A stretch of 64,000 bases of DNA, from assembly GCA_963716145.1 (NCBI GenBank), contig OY970292.1:661171-725170 (forward strand), written 5' to 3'. The notes under the pieces are model-generated. The model ran no database searches. It worked only from the letters and a program-made list of their open reading frames with translations, and had not been told where the DNA came from. The stretch is from Candidatus Levyibacteriota bacterium. Its GTDB lineage: Bacteria > Patescibacteriota > Microgenomatia > Levybacterales > UBA12049. Of the stretch, positions 25,246 to 36,066 are shown one piece after another; position 1 is the stretch's first letter, and every line of letters starts with the position of its first letter. Both the position numbers and the translations under genes were made by a program.

Positions 25246-25668
25246 ATGACTATTAGCAAAAAAGTATATATCGCATCCGATGGATTTGTTGCATTTATTG
25301 ATAGAGGTCACCCTAAGCATGTCAATGCGAGTGCGTATTTCCGCTATTTTTCTCAGGAAGGTTTTCAGCTTTATACCAGTTTTGTTACAATTAATGCTGC
25401 CTACGAGGAGCTTTACCAAAGTATTAGTCCTTCTATTGCCAAGGATTTTCTACGAGCCATGTACTTAAGCTCTATCAATGTAATTTACCCCGAACCATCT
25501 GATATAAAATCAGCCATAAAAACAGTTGCCACAAGCAGTTCTATTGAGTTGACCTTTTCCAAGTCTCTGATGTACGTACTTTGCAACAAAAGAAGCATTC
25601 CGCAGATTTACACCTTTGAATTTTTACATTCGCTTTTTGGATTACAGTCGTTTTATTTACCGGTATAA
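25246..25668 (+). CDS. Degenerate PIN-fold protein
   Basis: VYIASDGFVAFIDRGHPKH and terminal IYTF fit a PIN layout, but canonical acidic residues are substituted. Confidence 0.6.
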   Translation: MTISKKVYIASDGFVAFIDRGHPKHVNASAYFRYFSQEGFQLYTSFVTINAAYEELYQSISPSIAKDFLRAMYLSSINVIYPEPSDIKSAIKTVATSSSIELTFSKSLMYVLCNKRSIPQIYTFEFLHSLFGLQSFYLPV

Positions 25669-25675
25669 CATTGCT

Positions 25676-26827
25676 ATGAATACTACCAATAACCCAATAA
25701 ACAAATACTACCAATCAATTACCAATGAGCAAATGAAAAAGCCATTAAATTATTTTTTATTGATTTGTTTATTTGTAGTATTGGATTATTTGCTTATTTG
25801 CTTATTCTCGCCTATGGCGATTGCTGCTTCTCTACCCTCTTCTACCAACTACAAACTCCAAAACTACACTTTTGGCGCAGGCGGAGTAAAAGATGCCTCA
25901 TCGACCAATTTCAAACTTAATGGCATTGCAGGCGAAGTGGAGTTTGGCAGACCCTCATCGACCAATTTTAAGGCGGGCTCCGGCCTAACCTTCTTGATGA
26001 AATCAAATGTACCGGGTGCTCCTACTTTTACCAATCCATCATCCAATTACGACCGCTTACAATTCATTATCAATACGAGCAACAATCCAACAGATACGAC
26101 TTATGCTCTTCAAATCAGCACTGACAGCTCATTTGCAACCAATATCAATTATGTAAAAAGCGATAATACAATCGGCTCAACACTCATCCTCACTGACTTC
26201 AAAAGCTATACAGCTTGGGGAGGCGGAAGCGGTAACTATGTAACAGGGCTTGTACAAGGCACAACTTACTATTTGAGAGTCAAAGCCAGACAGGGAAACT
26301 ACACTGAAAGCGAGTATGGACCATCCGCTTCAGCAACTACCTCCAATGCATCCTTAACCTTTAGCGTTAATTCATCAACCCTTACTTTCAATAACCTCAA
26401 CGCAGGAAATTCTTTCACAGACAGCAGCAAAAGCACAATCCTGACTACTTCAACTAATGCGTATAATGGCTATGTTGTGAATGCCCGCGAGTCGGCTGTC
26501 CTGACTGCTGCCGGGTTTGGGACAATTGCCAATTATGCAGGCACCAACTCTGCTCCGACTACTTGGTCTGGAACAGGTTTTGGATATACGACAGATGACA
26601 GTAACTTGACAGGTGGAACAGCTGACAGATTTACCAATGGAGGACCGAAATACGCAGGCTTTACGACTTCCTCCCCCGGAGATCCTGTGGCTGATCACCC
26701 GGGGCCTATCCTGACAGCCATATCAAGTGAGGTCTTTAATATCGGTTACCGGGTAACTGTGAGCAATACACAACCCGCAGCCAAATACACAAATACAGTT
26801 TTATATATCGTAGTGCCGAGTTATTAA
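25676..26827 (+). CDS. Secreted FN3-containing surface protein with WxL-like C-terminus
   Basis: Signal/TM, SSTNF repeats, FN3-like GLVQGTTYYLRVKAR, terminal YTNTVLYIVVPSY; start uncertain. Confidence 0.65.
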   Translation: MNTTNNPINKYYQSITNEQMKKPLNYFLLICLFVVLDYLLICLFSPMAIAASLPSSTNYKLQNYTFGAGGVKDASSTNFKLNGIAGEVEFGRPSSTNFKAGSGLTFLMKSNVPGAPTFTNPSSNYDRLQFIINTSNNPTDTTYALQISTDSSFATNINYVKSDNTIGSTLILTDFKSYTAWGGGSGNYVTGLVQGTTYYLRVKARQGNYTESEYGPSASATTSNASLTFSVNSSTLTFNNLNAGNSFTDSSKSTILTTSTNAYNGYVVNARESAVLTAAGFGTIANYAGTNSAPTTWSGTGFGYTTDDSNLTGGTADRFTNGGPKYAGFTTSSPGDPVADHPGPILTAISSEVFNIGYRVTVSNTQPAAKYTNTVLYIVVPSY

Positions 26828-26841
26828 AAATCAAAATAATT

Positions 26842-27813
26842 ATGAGTAGCAAATTTAATATATCAATATACAAATTAATATCTCGATATGTATCACTTAT
26901 GGCTTTTTTATTGGCCTTTCTGTTTTCTGTTTTCTGTTTTCTGTTTAATCCTCCATCAGTTCATGCTTCGCCTCAAGGATTGAGTATAAGTCCTATTATT
27001 ATTAATGTTCCTCTTTCTCCGGGTAAGGTTTATAACTATGAAATAACTATTGAAAATTTAACAGATTCACCTCTTCCGCTTAAGACAAACCTTAATGATT
27101 TTCAGACAACCGGTGAAGAAGGAGGCTATATTTTTGAAGATAGCAAAAGTAATCCTTTACTTTCCTGGATCAAACTAAGCAATACTGATTTTATTTTGGA
27201 GGCTGACCAGAAAAAAACTATTCTTCTAACGATCACTACTCCCAACACTGTCCCACTTGGGGGCTACTATGGAATGCTATTTTTTGAGCCGGTCTTACAA
27301 ACAACCGATGCTAATTCTTCGCGTGTCGCATCAAAAATAGGCGTTTTGCTTCTTGCCAATATCGGCGTTGGTGATAAGAATGCCAAGAAGGCTGAGGTCC
27401 CGACTTTCACAACCGGATTTTTTCATCAAGAAAGTAAAATCCCAATTCTTCTCAGAGTAAAAAATATATCACTGCATTATTTTACAGCCAAGCCGATTTT
27501 GACGGTCTCTCCTCTCTTGAGTTTTTCAAAGGCCGATCAAAAACCAATCTATCTTGAAGAAAAGATTGTTTTTCAGGGCAAAATTAGAAGGTGGGAACAA
27601 ATGATTGACTTACCAGATCTCAAACCAAATATATATAAGGCCCATATGGCAGTCTCTTCCGGAAATGGTGAGCATATAGATGCTGATAGGTATTTTGTTA
27701 TTTTGCCATTTGGAAAACCTATTTTAGTCATTCTTTCTGTAGTTATAGTTCTATTTCTTATTAGGAAAAGAAAAAGATTAAAAAAAGCATTTCGTGCCCT
27801 ACTTACTGCCTAA
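26842..27813 (+). CDS. DUF916-like (WxL-interacting) membrane-anchored protein
   Basis: GLSISP, LSWIKL, PLGGYYGMLFF, C-terminal TM with basic tail. Confidence 0.65.
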   Translation: MSSKFNISIYKLISRYVSLMAFLLAFLFSVFCFLFNPPSVHASPQGLSISPIIINVPLSPGKVYNYEITIENLTDSPLPLKTNLNDFQTTGEEGGYIFEDSKSNPLLSWIKLSNTDFILEADQKKTILLTITTPNTVPLGGYYGMLFFEPVLQTTDANSSRVASKIGVLLLANIGVGDKNAKKAEVPTFTTGFFHQESKIPILLRVKNISLHYFTAKPILTVSPLLSFSKADQKPIYLEEKIVFQGKIRRWEQMIDLPDLKPNIYKAHMAVSSGNGEHIDADRYFVILPFGKPILVILSVVIVLFLIRKRKRLKKAFRALLTA

Positions 27814-27909
27814 CTATGTTGCAATTTGCAATATATAGACTTATTCAAGGCTTCAAAACTGTATTTTACGCATTGACATTGCGTAAAGATACAAACTATT
27901 ATTAATATA

Positions 27910-29040
27910 ATGTTAACTCTACAAAAATATCACCCTAAGCACAAAATTGTAGTAGCTCTTCTATTGGCTGTTTTGCTTACTCTTCCACCTCTGGCCAATA
28001 TTTTTATAGGCCGGGCATATGCCGGAGTACTTAGCAGTTACAAGGTTCAGATCAATAATTCACAAGCTGCTGCAAGTGCTGTTACTTACAGCTTCTTCTG
28101 GACAACATCAGCAACAACTTCTATTAAGCAGATTGATATTCAGGTATGTACAACAGCGTCAGGTGCTTGTAGTGCTCCATCTGGTTTCTCATCAGGTACT
28201 CCAACTCTGGCAAGTGATAACATCGCAGGAACAGGTAGGACAACCAGTGCTCCAACTGCAAATGCATTCCGTGTGGTTGTGACAACTCCTGCTTCTCAGG
28301 CAACTCAAGCAATGTTTCTTAACTTCACAGGTATCACCAATCCTTCAGGCATTAATTCAACCTACTATGTAAGATCAACAACTTACTCAGATACTGGTAG
28401 TACAATCATTGATGGAACAACTGTTGCGGCTTTTGCAGTGCTTGATACAACCTCAATTGCTGTTTCAGCAAGTGTTGATCCAACCTTTAGTTTCAGCGTT
28501 GCCGGAGTCTCAACAGGTGGTAACTTTAATGGAGGAACTGGAAATATTAACGTAACCTCAACCGCAACAACTATTCCTTTTGGAACAGTGGTGGTAGGTA
28601 CTCCAAAAATCGCATCGCATGATGTTACTCTATCAACAAATGCCTTGAGTGGATATACCGTCACTGCATCAACCTCCGCAACAATTAGTGGTAACCCGCC
28701 TCTTGTTTCAGGAGCTGTCAACAACATTGATACATTTACAGGGACAAATGCAACACCTACTACCTGGTCTGCTCCGGCAGGTACTGTCGCCAGTGTCAAT
28801 ACCGGCTTTTTCGGTTACTCAACAGAGGACTCTGCATTGTGTACCGGAACTGCTAACCGCTTTACATCAGGTGGTGCCAAATGGGCCGGTCCTACAACCA
28901 CAGGCGCGGAGATTACCTGTAATGCCACAGGAATCAGCACTATCACAACGCGACTTGGCTGGGAACTTCAGGTAAACGGAGTTCAGCCCCCGGGAGCCTA
29001 TACTGGAACAGTTATACTTATAGCAACCCCGACTTACTAA
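27910..29040 (+). CDS. Secreted Thr/Ser-rich WxL-like structural protein
   Basis: Signal peptide; VSASVDPTFSFSV, STNALSGYTVT, GAYTGTVILIATPTY; C-terminal half resembles 25676..26827. Confidence 0.65.
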   Translation: MLTLQKYHPKHKIVVALLLAVLLTLPPLANIFIGRAYAGVLSSYKVQINNSQAAASAVTYSFFWTTSATTSIKQIDIQVCTTASGACSAPSGFSSGTPTLASDNIAGTGRTTSAPTANAFRVVVTTPASQATQAMFLNFTGITNPSGINSTYYVRSTTYSDTGSTIIDGTTVAAFAVLDTTSIAVSASVDPTFSFSVAGVSTGGNFNGGTGNINVTSTATTIPFGTVVVGTPKIASHDVTLSTNALSGYTVTASTSATISGNPPLVSGAVNNIDTFTGTNATPTTWSAPAGTVASVNTGFFGYSTEDSALCTGTANRFTSGGAKWAGPTTTGAEITCNATGISTITTRLGWELQVNGVQPPGAYTGTVILIATPTY

Positions 29041-29981
29041 TGATGAATCATCCAAATCGAAATAAAAAACCAATAAAAAAGGTTATACTACCCCTTTTTC
29101 TACTCCTGATCGTTGTTGCAGTAGCTTTTAGCTATAAAGAGTTTGTTACAGCTCAAGGTGCCGGACAAGGACTTGAAGTTTCTCCCCCATCTCAGGAAAT
29201 AACTATTGATCCAGGCAAAACTACAACCGTTAAAGCAAAGCTTCGCAATAGAAGCAATAACACTCTTCCTATAAAAGTTCATATTGAAGACTTTACAGCC
29301 AAAGGGGAAGAAGGACAAGTCGAGCTTAACGCAACAAGCCCTTACAGTATTGCTTCCTGGACTACGGTTTCTCCGGAGAGCTTTCAGCTTGCTCCAGGCG
29401 ACGAGCAAGAAGTAACTGCTACGATTAAGGCTCCGCAGGATGCGGCTGGAGGACACTTTGGGTCGTTTGTTTTTGGAGTTGAAGTAGAAAAACCACAAGG
29501 CAGCAATATAGCAGCTTTGTCCCAGGAAATAGCCTCCCTATTCTTGGTCCGTGTAACAGGTCCAGTTAGTGAAAAACTGGATATAAAATCCTTTTCCGCA
29601 CCAAGTTATTCTGAATTTGGACCTATTCCTTTTAAAATAAAGTTTGCAAACAGCGGAAATGTTTATGTTAAGACATTTGGACTTATTAATGTAACAGACA
29701 TGTTTGGAAAAAAGGTTGCGGACATTGTAGTTCCGGGAGTCAACATATTCCCCGATGCAAATAGGATCGTGGAATCTCAACTCAAAAACAGATTCCTTTT
29801 TGGTAAATATACCGCAACCGCCCTTATGTATTATGGTTCCGTTCAAAGCCAAAGTTTGAATGCCACAACCACTTTTATTGTCTTCCCAACTAGAATTGTT
29901 ATTGCTCTAATAGTTATAATTTTCATCCTCTTCATGCTTCGCAAGAGGCTTAAAAAATCACTTAAAGCGTTGATGGGATAA
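29040..29981 (+). CDS. DUF916-like membrane-anchored protein (paralogue of 26842..27813)
   Basis: GLEVSPP, IASWT, GGHFGSFVF, NSGNV, C-terminal TM + RKRLKK. Confidence 0.7.
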   Translation: MMNHPNRNKKPIKKVILPLFLLLIVVAVAFSYKEFVTAQGAGQGLEVSPPSQEITIDPGKTTTVKAKLRNRSNNTLPIKVHIEDFTAKGEEGQVELNATSPYSIASWTTVSPESFQLAPGDEQEVTATIKAPQDAAGGHFGSFVFGVEVEKPQGSNIAALSQEIASLFLVRVTGPVSEKLDIKSFSAPSYSEFGPIPFKIKFANSGNVYVKTFGLINVTDMFGKKVADIVVPGVNIFPDANRIVESQLKNRFLFGKYTATALMYYGSVQSQSLNATTTFIVFPTRIVIALIVIIFILFMLRKRLKKSLKALMG

Positions 29982-30397
29982 TGAAAAAGAAAAAATTGCT
30001 GCTCTTTATAACTATATTTATAGTAGGTTTTCTTACTCATGCTTTGTTGTTTCCAAATTTTTTGAGATATACTATTACTGATGTTTCCCAGAAGATTCTA
30101 CCTGACAATAATCAGGCAGAATCAGATAACCCACTTGATCCATTAATTACAAGAATTTACTTTGATGGTAAAAGTTTTTCAAGAAAAAATGTTAATATCG
30201 GATTTACAAGATATATACAAATAATAAACAAAAGCAAGGACTCCTTAATGTCGCTTGAGTCTAATAATCCTGATCTCAGAACTCCCAGAGGATACGGCTT
30301 AGGAGAAGCACTGCAAGCACAGTTTAATAAAAAGGGTGAATTTATAGTTGCTGATAAAAATAATCCTCAAGAAAAACTAATAATCACAGTTAAGTAA
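29981..30397 (+). CDS. Small exported protein, possibly cupredoxin-like fold
   Basis: N-terminal TM; FDGKSFS...FNKKGEF...KLIITVK pattern; no Cu ligands evident. Confidence 0.5.
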   Translation: MKKKKLLLFITIFIVGFLTHALLFPNFLRYTITDVSQKILPDNNQAESDNPLDPLITRIYFDGKSFSRKNVNIGFTRYIQIINKSKDSLMSLESNNPDLRTPRGYGLGEALQAQFNKKGEFIVADKNNPQEKLIITVK

Positions 30398-30457
30398 GGC
30401 TTAACGTTTGCCAAAAAAAACTCCTTCTTGTATAATTCTGGCTACTGCCCCTCATGA

Positions 30458-31072
30458 ATGAAATTTTTATTTGGGGCGAAAATCCCGGCATTAATACTGG
30501 CATTTCTTGCAATTACACAGCTATCTTTTATAAGTGCTTCTTCTGTTTTTGCGGATCAAATACAAAACATGACTGTTTCAGCAGTTGTTCCTCCACGCGT
30601 TTCTGATTTCCAGTTCAGTCTCGATAAGACAGGTGCAAGTAATCCTTCTACAGAAAATGAGCTTTCATATCAAATAACTTATGGTGCATTGGAATCAGCC
30701 GGTATGCCAACAGATACAACTATTGCTGTTTACTTTGGCGATAATATGGATTATGTGGACTATTCAGCAACTGAGGCTTACCGAAGCACCTCACCAATTA
30801 TTGATAAAACTAATAAAACAATTAGCTGGTTAATCCCTTCTTTGCCTAATGGAATGATTAATCAGAAGGTTAAATTCCAGCTCAAACCAAAAACGATCCT
30901 CAATCAGCCAGAAAACTCACTCATTACAGTGAGTGCCAAAATGAATAATCAGTATATAAAGATGCCCGAGCAAACTCTAACAAACCTTTTGGTGATATAT
31001 CTATCAAATTTGAACTATGGTAAGAATAGGAATGAGGTTTTGATATCTGAGCTTTCCCCGCTTTTGAAATAA
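30458..31072 (+). CDS. Secreted DUF11-like Ig-domain protein
   Basis: Signal peptide; ELSYQITY...TISWLIPSL. Confidence 0.5.
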   Translation: MKFLFGAKIPALILAFLAITQLSFISASSVFADQIQNMTVSAVVPPRVSDFQFSLDKTGASNPSTENELSYQITYGALESAGMPTDTTIAVYFGDNMDYVDYSATEAYRSTSPIIDKTNKTISWLIPSLPNGMINQKVKFQLKPKTILNQPENSLITVSAKMNNQYIKMPEQTLTNLLVIYLSNLNYGKNRNEVLISELSPLLK

Positions 31073-31087
31073 TCGCCTACCATTTTG

Positions 31088-31158
31088 TGGACCCGAGGGG
31101 AGTCGAACCCCTGACCCATCCATGCCATGGATGTATGTTACCACTATACCACGGGCCC
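31088..31158 (-). tRNA. tRNA-Ala(GGC)
   Basis: Cloverleaf GGGCCCG/CGGGTCC with G3-U70, anticodon arm CATCC-ATGGCAT-GGATG, GGTTCGA T-loop; CCA not encoded. Confidence 0.95.
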
Positions 31159-31278
31159 TTTTTGCGAAGCAAAAAACTGAGAATTTAGAACTAAGAATAA
31201 TATTATACTATAAATTATTCTTTTCTGTTCTTAGTTCAGGGTTCTATGTTCCAAGTTAGTTTCGCACCTTGCGCGAAA

Positions 31279-32415
31279 CTACTGGACGTACCCAAGTGGA
31301 TTTACAGCTCCTCCGTTTTGTCTTATTTCAAAATGAACGTGGGGCCCGGTAGTTCTTCCCGTCATACCAATCTGGCCGATAACTGTTCTTCCTCCTGTCA
31401 CTTGCTGCCCAACTGAAACATTAACTCCGCTCATATGAGCATAATGGCTGACAATCCCAGCACCATTGCTTACGTATATATTATTTCCATATCCACCATC
31501 ATATGTACCTAAATGAACTTCTGTTACCGTACCGCTGTGTGCTGCGACAATTGGAGTTCCAACAGGGGATGTTATATCAACTCCGGGATGATAAAAACTG
31601 AAAAATGTGCTTATTCCACCTCTTACAGGATAAGTAAAACCGCCGCTTGCAACAGGAATAGGGCCTTGTGCTATATATACTTGGCGCTTGATAAATGGCT
31701 GTTCAGACGGCTTAATACCCTCAGGCACTATAAGCATTTGTCCTGACACAAGTGTAAATGTTTCAGCATTGGCAAACTCATTAAAAGGCCAATCTACGAT
31801 GTTCTGCGGATTTGTGTCATATTTTTTGGCGATTGAATATACCGTATCCCCTGGCTCAACTTTATGAGCAACACCGGCAACCGGCAATATTTTGAGAGTG
31901 TCCCCTACATTGAGATAGTCCCCCCTCAAGTCATTGGCCCAGCGGATAGTATTCTCGGATAGCTGATTGTCTTTGGTTGAGAACTTCTTCGCAACCGTTG
32001 ATACTGTGTCCCCTTTCTCAACCGTATAATCAATTACCTTGTCTCTTGGCTTTTCCGAAACCTGGGTTTGAAATACTTCCTCGCCATTTAAAACTGACTG
32101 CTTAGCGCTCGTGGTGCTGGAAAGATCCAAGGCAACAGCTCTTTGCGCAAAAATAGGATATGTGTCAGACAAAAAAGGAGCAATTATAACTCCAGCACCC
32201 AAGAAACCTATTGTGGTTAAATGCAAAAAAGGCCGGTTATAACGGCCTCTTTTCATCAGAAAAAGCTTTACAAGCCTATTCTTATTCTTCTCAAAAGTGA
32301 CAGAAAAGGCGATGAGTTTTTTCCTAAGATAATAAAAGAAAAACTCCAAAAAGTCAGACAGTTCTTTGGAGATTATTTTTCGCAGATGCGTAAAAGGAGA
32401 CAACAATTTTTTCAT
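31279..32415 (-). CDS. LysM x2 + M23 metallopeptidase
   Basis: YTVEKGDTVSTVAKKF and HKVEPGDTVYSIAKKY; HPGVD, YAHM and HVHFE zinc motifs. Confidence 0.92.
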   Translation of the reverse strand: MKKLLSPFTHLRKIISKELSDFLEFFFYYLRKKLIAFSVTFEKNKNRLVKLFLMKRGRYNRPFLHLTTIGFLGAGVIIAPFLSDTYPIFAQRAVALDLSSTTSAKQSVLNGEEVFQTQVSEKPRDKVIDYTVEKGDTVSTVAKKFSTKDNQLSENTIRWANDLRGDYLNVGDTLKILPVAGVAHKVEPGDTVYSIAKKYDTNPQNIVDWPFNEFANAETFTLVSGQMLIVPEGIKPSEQPFIKRQVYIAQGPIPVASGGFTYPVRGGISTFFSFYHPGVDITSPVGTPIVAAHSGTVTEVHLGTYDGGYGNNIYVSNGAGIVSHYAHMSGVNVSVGQQVTGGRTVIGQIGMTGRTTGPHVHFEIRQNGGAVNPLGYVQ

Positions 32416-32643
32416 GGGTAAGATGTAACTTTAACAAAAAACTGAGGCCGATGTCAAATCCCCAACCTGAAAATTGGTCAGCAAAGTTAATAAAAATTAA
32501 TCCTCAAACAATTCCCAAATCAATTCTAAATTATATGTAGACTATTGACGTTATTACCTGTTAGTATATGTTAGTATACTAACATATCGAGGCTGGGGAA
32601 TGATAATATATGAAAAATTAATTGGGAGTTCTTGGAAGTATGA

Positions 32644-34257
32644 TTACTCTCCTTTACCTAGGGTTTCGAGGAATTCGTCGTTTGTCTCTACTTTACCAAG
32701 CCGTTCAACCAAAATTGATGTCCGCTCATTGCCATCTAGCATATCCATCATTCTTCGCATTGTGACTATCTTGTTAAGCTTTTCTGAATCCAGAATTTTT
32801 TCTTCTCCTCTTGTTCCTGAACGCTCGATTCCAATTGCCGGGAAAATGCGTTTTTCGGCAAGGGAACGAACCAGATGAAGCTCCATGTTACCAGTTCCCT
32901 TAAACTCTTCATAAATCAGATCATCCATGCGTGATCCTGTCTCAACCAGTGCTGTGCCGATAATAGTCAAACTACCACCCTCTTGCGCGTTTCTGGCTGC
33001 GCCAAAGAATTTCTTCGCAGGCCATAAAGCCGCCGGATCAAAACCTCCTGAAAGAGTTCTACCGCTTGGATCAACAACCAAATTATACGCACGTGCCAGA
33101 CGTGTGATCGAGTCAAGAAGAACTATAACGTCTTTTCCCAGCTCAACCATTCTTTTGGCACGGTCCAATGTGATCTCGGCCACCCGCGTTTGATTTTCAG
33201 GCGGTTCATCAAAATTACTTGCAACGACCTCACCCTTAACAGACATGCTGATATCAGTTACTTCCTCAGGTCTCTCGCCTATGAGCGCTGCCATCAGATG
33301 AGCGTCAGGAAAATTGGCTGAAATCCCTGCTGCAATTTCTTTAAGAATTGTTGTTTTACCTGCTTTTGGAGGAGAAACGATCATGCCTCGCTGGCCAAAC
33401 CCGATTGGTGCGATCAAATCAATCACACGGGTTGAAAGAGGAGTTTTACCTGTTGAAAGAACTATTTGCCTATCAGGATAAATCGCAGTTAAATCATCAA
33501 AGTGCGGACGCTTCATGGACTCATCTGCCGGGATTTCGTTAACCTTCTCAACCTTTAAAAGTCCATAATAACGCTCTGTATCTTTTGGAGGACGGGCTAC
33601 TCCTTCAACTCTATCTCCAGGTCGCAGCATAAATCTTCTGATTTGAGATTGGGAGATGTAGATATCCCGAGCAGATGGAATGAACTTAGGTCTTAGGAAT
33701 CCATGACCTTCAGGCTGAATATCAAGAAAACCAACAACTACTTCTGTCGGACCCGCTTCGCCGAACCCGCCTTGCCGCGAGGCAGGTCGAGGCGAGCCAT
33801 TCTGAACTTCTCTTTGTGGTGTAAAACGGTTAAAACGGCTTTGTCCATCATTTGTGCGGGGACTTGAGGATTGTTGCGATGAATCATCTCCGCCTATATG
33901 TATACGCCTACCTGCAGAACTGCTGTTCTGCTCTTCTGAAGGTTGTTGAGACTCAACTGGCTCTTTTGAGGAAGAAACTTCTTCCTTAAGAACAGCCACC
34001 TCTTCTACCGCTTCGTCTTGGGTCTCTTGGGCTTTTTCCTTCGGCGTAGTTTTAACCTCTTGTGTTTCTTCAGGTCTAGCGGAGCTAGATCCGGCTTCGC
34101 CGGACTCCATCAAAACCACTTCTTTCTTTTTAGTAGCGGGAGTTTTCTTCTTAGCGGGTTTACCAATAAGTTCATCTACTGCAATTTCCTCGGATTTAAC
34201 CTCGGTTTTGTCTGAGGCTTTTGCTACGGTTTTGTCTTGGGTTTTTTTAGTCGCCAT
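32644..34257 (-). CDS. rho: Transcription termination factor Rho
   Basis: GHGFLR, DIYISQSQIRRF, PPKAGKT, DSITRLARAYN, EEFKGTGNMEL. Confidence 0.97.
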   Translation of the reverse strand: MATKKTQDKTVAKASDKTEVKSEEIAVDELIGKPAKKKTPATKKKEVVLMESGEAGSSSARPEETQEVKTTPKEKAQETQDEAVEEVAVLKEEVSSSKEPVESQQPSEEQNSSSAGRRIHIGGDDSSQQSSSPRTNDGQSRFNRFTPQREVQNGSPRPASRQGGFGEAGPTEVVVGFLDIQPEGHGFLRPKFIPSARDIYISQSQIRRFMLRPGDRVEGVARPPKDTERYYGLLKVEKVNEIPADESMKRPHFDDLTAIYPDRQIVLSTGKTPLSTRVIDLIAPIGFGQRGMIVSPPKAGKTTILKEIAAGISANFPDAHLMAALIGERPEEVTDISMSVKGEVVASNFDEPPENQTRVAEITLDRAKRMVELGKDVIVLLDSITRLARAYNLVVDPSGRTLSGGFDPAALWPAKKFFGAARNAQEGGSLTIIGTALVETGSRMDDLIYEEFKGTGNMELHLVRSLAEKRIFPAIGIERSGTRGEEKILDSEKLNKIVTMRRMMDMLDGNERTSILVERLGKVETNDEFLETLGKGE

Positions 34258-34496
34258 AAAATATATGAATTAAATTAATTAAGGAATTCTTTGTTGTTGG
34301 CATTTAAGATAAGTTTTCGATATTATTTTACAGTAGAATTTTGAAACGCGAATCTACGGGATTGGTTACAGAAGATAATCACTTGTAACCAGACGTATTA
34401 CACCATATATTCGCCGCTTTGTCAACAATCAAAACTGTTTCAACACTCTTACATTGGCGTAGTTTTGCGTACGATTTTGCGTAGTTCTGCGATTTA

Positions 34497-34895
34497 CTAG
34501 TCAAGGAGTGTAGGGAGAGAAAATTTGGTAATAGATTCTCCCAGAAATACATACGTCACAGCATTTAAAATTATAAATGCGGAAAGCGATATCACAAGGC
34601 CGATGATAGCGGCACGTATATGAGCCCTCGCTGCGTCGATCTTGGCCTTATCTCCACCCGAAGAAATATACCTAATTCCCCCATACACAAGATAAATGAG
34701 GGTCAGAGATATAGCCAATATAATTAGAACGGAGACAATATTGCCAACCACTCCCCCTGCCTTGTCTGCTTTTAGCGCGCAGAGACTGGAAAATTCCGTT
34801 CCCGTAGGACACAGGTCTGCATAAGCTATCCGTGTTTGGAATAATAAAACTAAAAAAGTACTTAATGATAAAAATGAGCGGTATAGTTTTTTCAT
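34497..34895 (-). CDS. CPR-type pilin (TrbC/VirB2-like)
   Basis: YLVYGGIRYISSGGDKAKIDAARAHIRAAIIGLVI two-helix pilin signature. Confidence 0.8.
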   Translation of the reverse strand: MKKLYRSFLSLSTFLVLLFQTRIAYADLCPTGTEFSSLCALKADKAGGVVGNIVSVLIILAISLTLIYLVYGGIRYISSGGDKAKIDAARAHIRAAIIGLVISLSAFIILNAVTYVFLGESITKFSLPTLLD

Positions 34896-35189
34896 TGTCT
34901 ATATCTATAGTAGCCTTATAAAAAACCACTTGTCAAGGAGTCCAACTAACTTTATGACGAAGACCCGCCGATAATCGCAGCATGAACCGCGCTACGAATA
35001 GTAGGTAAGACGAATGCTAAGATATGGCTGGGTCAATGTCCCTCTTGACAAGGTCCTATAATGTATGCTATAGTTCTCCAACTGATAACTAATAACAGAT
35101 AACAAGTTATGACGACTGATAACTCATAACAAATAACAATAACGAAATGTTATCAGTTATAAGTAATCAGTTATAAGTTTAACCAACCT

Positions 35190-36062
35190 ATGAATAAATC
35201 AATACTTAAAGTCTCAGTAACAGCTCTTACTCTTCTTGCTCTTTCAGCAGGAGTCTCTTTTGCAGCTTCTACTAACTATGGTACAAATCAATGCCAGCCT
35301 ATCTATGGTGGTGGAGAATCATGTGTTAAGACTCCTCAGTTTGAGATCAATAAAACTGTAAAGAATCCTCAAAGCGGTGCTTTTGTTGATAACCTTGGAG
35401 TATCTGACGCAAAGTACAGAAGTGGTGAAACAGTTATCTTTAAGATCACTGTCAGAAATACAACAGGTGATACCCTTAAAAATGTTGTAGTTAAAGATAT
35501 CCTGCCTGATTTTGTAGACTTTGTTGAAGGTATGGGTGGAACATTTGATCAGAATTCAAAAACCTTAACAATCAAGATTGACTCCCTGGCAAAGGATGAA
35601 TCACGCGACTTTTTCGTTAAAGTTAAAGTAAGAGGAAATGATAAGCTCCCAAGTGACCAGAACATAGTCTGTGTTGTTAACCAATCTATTATTACAGTAG
35701 ACAACAAAACAGGACAAGATAATGCATCAGTTTGTATTGAGAAAGGTGTTCCAACACCTACTCCTACAAACCCTGGTAACCCTAACAATCCGGATCAGCC
35801 AAGCAATCCTAGCAACCCTAGCAACCCAACACAGCCTGGTAATCCAAGCAATCCAACAAATCCTGGTAATCCAACTACAACTAAAGGTGGATTCCCAACC
35901 AATCCCGCTACAGTTAACCCACCAACAACTAAAGGAGGATTGCCTGTCTATCCACCAACCAAAGCAACAAAAACACCTGATACAGGACCAGAAAGCTTAG
36001 CTTTGTTTGGACTGATACCTAGTGCAATTGGGGGAATGTTCCTCAGACGGAAGAGTAAATAA
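35190..36062 (+). CDS. DUF11/Ig surface protein with PxNP repeats and sortase-like sorting signal
   Basis: Signal peptide; GETVIFKITVRN..VVKDILP; NP repeats; TPDTG + hydrophobic segment + RRKSK. Confidence 0.8.
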   Translation: MNKSILKVSVTALTLLALSAGVSFAASTNYGTNQCQPIYGGGESCVKTPQFEINKTVKNPQSGAFVDNLGVSDAKYRSGETVIFKITVRNTTGDTLKNVVVKDILPDFVDFVEGMGGTFDQNSKTLTIKIDSLAKDESRDFFVKVKVRGNDKLPSDQNIVCVVNQSIITVDNKTGQDNASVCIEKGVPTPTPTNPGNPNNPDQPSNPSNPSNPTQPGNPSNPTNPGNPTTTKGGFPTNPATVNPPTTKGGLPVYPPTKATKTPDTGPESLALFGLIPSAIGGMFLRRKSK

Positions 36063-36066
36063 GCTC

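Noticed and set aside
11-29852. Antisense ORFs rich in VVPIPTLP and similar
   Set aside because: Reverse-complement shadows of the Gly/Thr-rich surface genes
35750-35945. NP-rich tandem repeats as a DNA element
   Set aside because: Explained by a low-complexity protein linker
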